Shown one piece after another: positions 62,766 through 64,000 of a stretch of DNA of 64,000 bases. The DNA is taken from contig DUBO01000050.1 in assembly GCA_012960245.1 (NCBI GenBank), forward strand, positions 38,039 through 102,038, written 5' to 3'. Below the pieces are notes generated by a model that worked only from the letters and a program-made list of their open reading frames with translations, had not been told where the DNA came from and ran no database searches. Within the stretch, counting starts at the first letter, position 1. Each line of letters starts with the position of its first letter. The stretch is from Candidatus Binatota bacterium. GTDB lineage: Bacteria > Desulfobacterota > Binatia > UBA1149. Made by a program: the position numbers and the translations under genes.

Positions 62766-63413
62766 GTGTCTATCCGCCTGCTGGTGTTCGATTGTGACGG
62801 CGTGCTGTTCGAATCAGGTGACGCCAACATCGGTTTTTATAACGAAGTGCTGCGCCGTGTCGGCGAGCCGGCGATGACGTCGGCGCTCGAAGAAAAATGT
62901 CACGCAATGTCTTCGCCCCAGTTCTTCGAAGTCTACTTCGCCGATCGTCCCGACATGGCTGCGAGGGTACGCGAGATGGCGATCGCTACCGACTACGAAC
63001 CGTTCTACTCGTTGATGCATCCCGCCCCGGGCCTGCACGACCTGCTCGACGCTTTGCGCGCCGAGGGTTACGACACGGCCATGGCCACCAACCGTGGCCG
63101 CACGGTGGGCCGTCTTCTCGAGCTTTTTGAGCTCGACAGTCGTTTTGATTTCAGCATCGGTACGCTCGACGTCGAGTTACCCAAGCCGGCTCCGGACATG
63201 CTGCTCAGTTGTCTCGAGCGTTTTGCCCTGGAGGCGCGTGAAGCCGTTTACCTGGGCGACCAGGACTGCGACCTCCAGGCGGCTACCGCTGCGGGGCTGC
63301 ATTTTGTGGGAGTCGGGCCGGTTGTCGCCCACGCACAGTTGAGTATTGAAGCTATCGGTGAGCTGCCCGGCCTGCTCACGCTGCTCAACGAGCCTGGCGG
63401 CAGCGCGACTTGA
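62766..63413 (+). CDS. HAD-superfamily hydrolase (phosphatase, PGP-like)
   Basis: LLVFDCDGVLFES (motif I DxDG), ...ATNRGR..., YLGDQDCDLQAA (motif IV). Confidence 0.75.
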   Translation: MSIRLLVFDCDGVLFESGDANIGFYNEVLRRVGEPAMTSALEEKCHAMSSPQFFEVYFADRPDMAARVREMAIATDYEPFYSLMHPAPGLHDLLDALRAEGYDTAMATNRGRTVGRLLELFELDSRFDFSIGTLDVELPKPAPDMLLSCLERFALEAREAVYLGDQDCDLQAATAAGLHFVGVGPVVAHAQLSIEAIGELPGLLTLLNEPGGSAT

Positions 63414-63478
63414 TGCAACAATTCGCAACGTTGCGAGTTATTGCGGTCTATAGTTGAACCAGAACGCCAGCGCGGGGC

Positions 63479-64000
63479 TCAGTCCCGGCCGTTGATACGG
63501 TTGATCAGCTCGCGCAGGCGGCCGTGACCCGAACGGTTGAAATCGAGTGCGAGGCGCGGCATTCCGGCCAGCTCGGGCTCGTCTGATTCCTCGGCAAAGG
63601 CTTCGCGCTGTTCGGGTGGCGAGCCCAGGATGTCGCTGAACTCGCGACCCAGCTCTGTCACCAGGCCCTCGTCGAGTCGCTGCTGCAGGCGCAGCACCAG
63701 GCGCGAGCCTACGTAGCGCGACGAGTGGTACACGCGGTAGAAACGGTTGATCTCGCGTAGCGCCGCTTCGCTGTCGTCGGTGACAGTGTAGAGCGAGAGG
63801 TCCTCTTTTGAAATCAGACCGCGCCTGAGCAGGTGCTCGCGGATGTACTTGTCCCAACTCTTCCAGTAGGTGCCGCCGGGCACGTCAAGATAGATCACGG
63901 GTACGAGCTGGCTCTTGCCGGTCTGTATCAGGGTGAGAGATTCAAAACTTTCGTCGTGGGTTCCGAAGCCACCGGGAAACAACACGATGGCCGATGACTC
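63479..64000 (-). CDS. LOG-family (TIGR00730 Rossmann-fold nucleotide-binding) protein with C-terminal extension; N-terminus beyond window
   Basis: ...SSAIVLFPGGFGTHDESFESLTLIQTGK... (PGGxGTxxE LOG motif). The frame stays open to the window edge. Confidence 0.6.
   Translation of the reverse strand, partial: ESSAIVLFPGGFGTHDESFESLTLIQTGKSQLVPVIYLDVPGGTYWKSWDKYIREHLLRRGLISKEDLSLYTVTDDSEAALREINRFYRVYHSSRYVGSRLVLRLQQRLDEGLVTELGREFSDILGSPPEQREAFAEESDEPELAGMPRLALDFNRSGHGRLRELINRINGRD

Overview
This is a high-GC (roughly two-thirds G+C by eye) bacterial chromosomal segment that spans the replication-origin neighbourhood. It is densely packed with housekeeping genes, and I see no CRISPR array, IS element or prophage.

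Gene order:
- Left part, mixed strands: rlmE (5' partial, minus strand), uvrD, a small exported protein, pgeF/yfiH, uvrA, comEB, tRNA-Gly(CCC), ccmE-ccmF-ccmH plus a coupled zinc-ribbon membrane protein, plant-type gshA, a small acidic protein with a long AT-rich leader, a secreted protein, an L,D-transpeptidase, an APC permease-USP fusion and a DUF255 thioredoxin-like protein.
- One long minus-strand run, 44.3 kb down to 19.1 kb: dnaA, dnaN, gyrB, gyrA, gpsA, rpmH, rnpA, yidD, yidC, jag, mnmE, mnmG, rsmG, parA, parB, atpF'-atpF-atpH-atpA-atpG-atpD-atpC.
- Plus-strand block: hemL-atpZ-atpI-atpB-atpE, so the ATP synthase operon is split. This is followed by pyrE and an acyl-CoA dehydrogenase on the minus strand, then a SurA-like protein and a HupE/UreJ-like protein, a CorC/TlyC transporter, a Zn-alcohol dehydrogenase and a second acyl-CoA dehydrogenase.
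- Right end: a minus-strand merR - AurF-like diiron oxygenase - small acidic protein operon. The small protein is a paralog of the one at 12.8 kb. Beyond it on the plus strand lie glpD, an AGPS-like FAD oxidase with an HHH motif, an FGGY kinase and a HAD phosphatase, then a partial LOG-family gene on the minus strand.

Regulatory DNA I can see directly:
- Two perfect parS sites between parA and rsmG.
- TTATCCACA DnaA boxes upstream of dnaA, plus an AT-rich DnaA-box-containing dnaA-dnaN spacer (candidate oriC).
- A tRNA promoter, two clear intrinsic terminators, and a 13-bp-stem hairpin in the gyrB leader.

The most interesting unexplained material is the pair of paralogous small acidic proteins. 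One sits behind a ~500-bp ORF-free AT-rich leader; the other sits in an operon with a MerR regulator and a DEXRH diiron oxygenase. Next most interesting is the glpD/AGPS-like cluster, which suggests ether-lipid chemistry. Many listed ORFs antisense to these genes are GC-rich artefacts.
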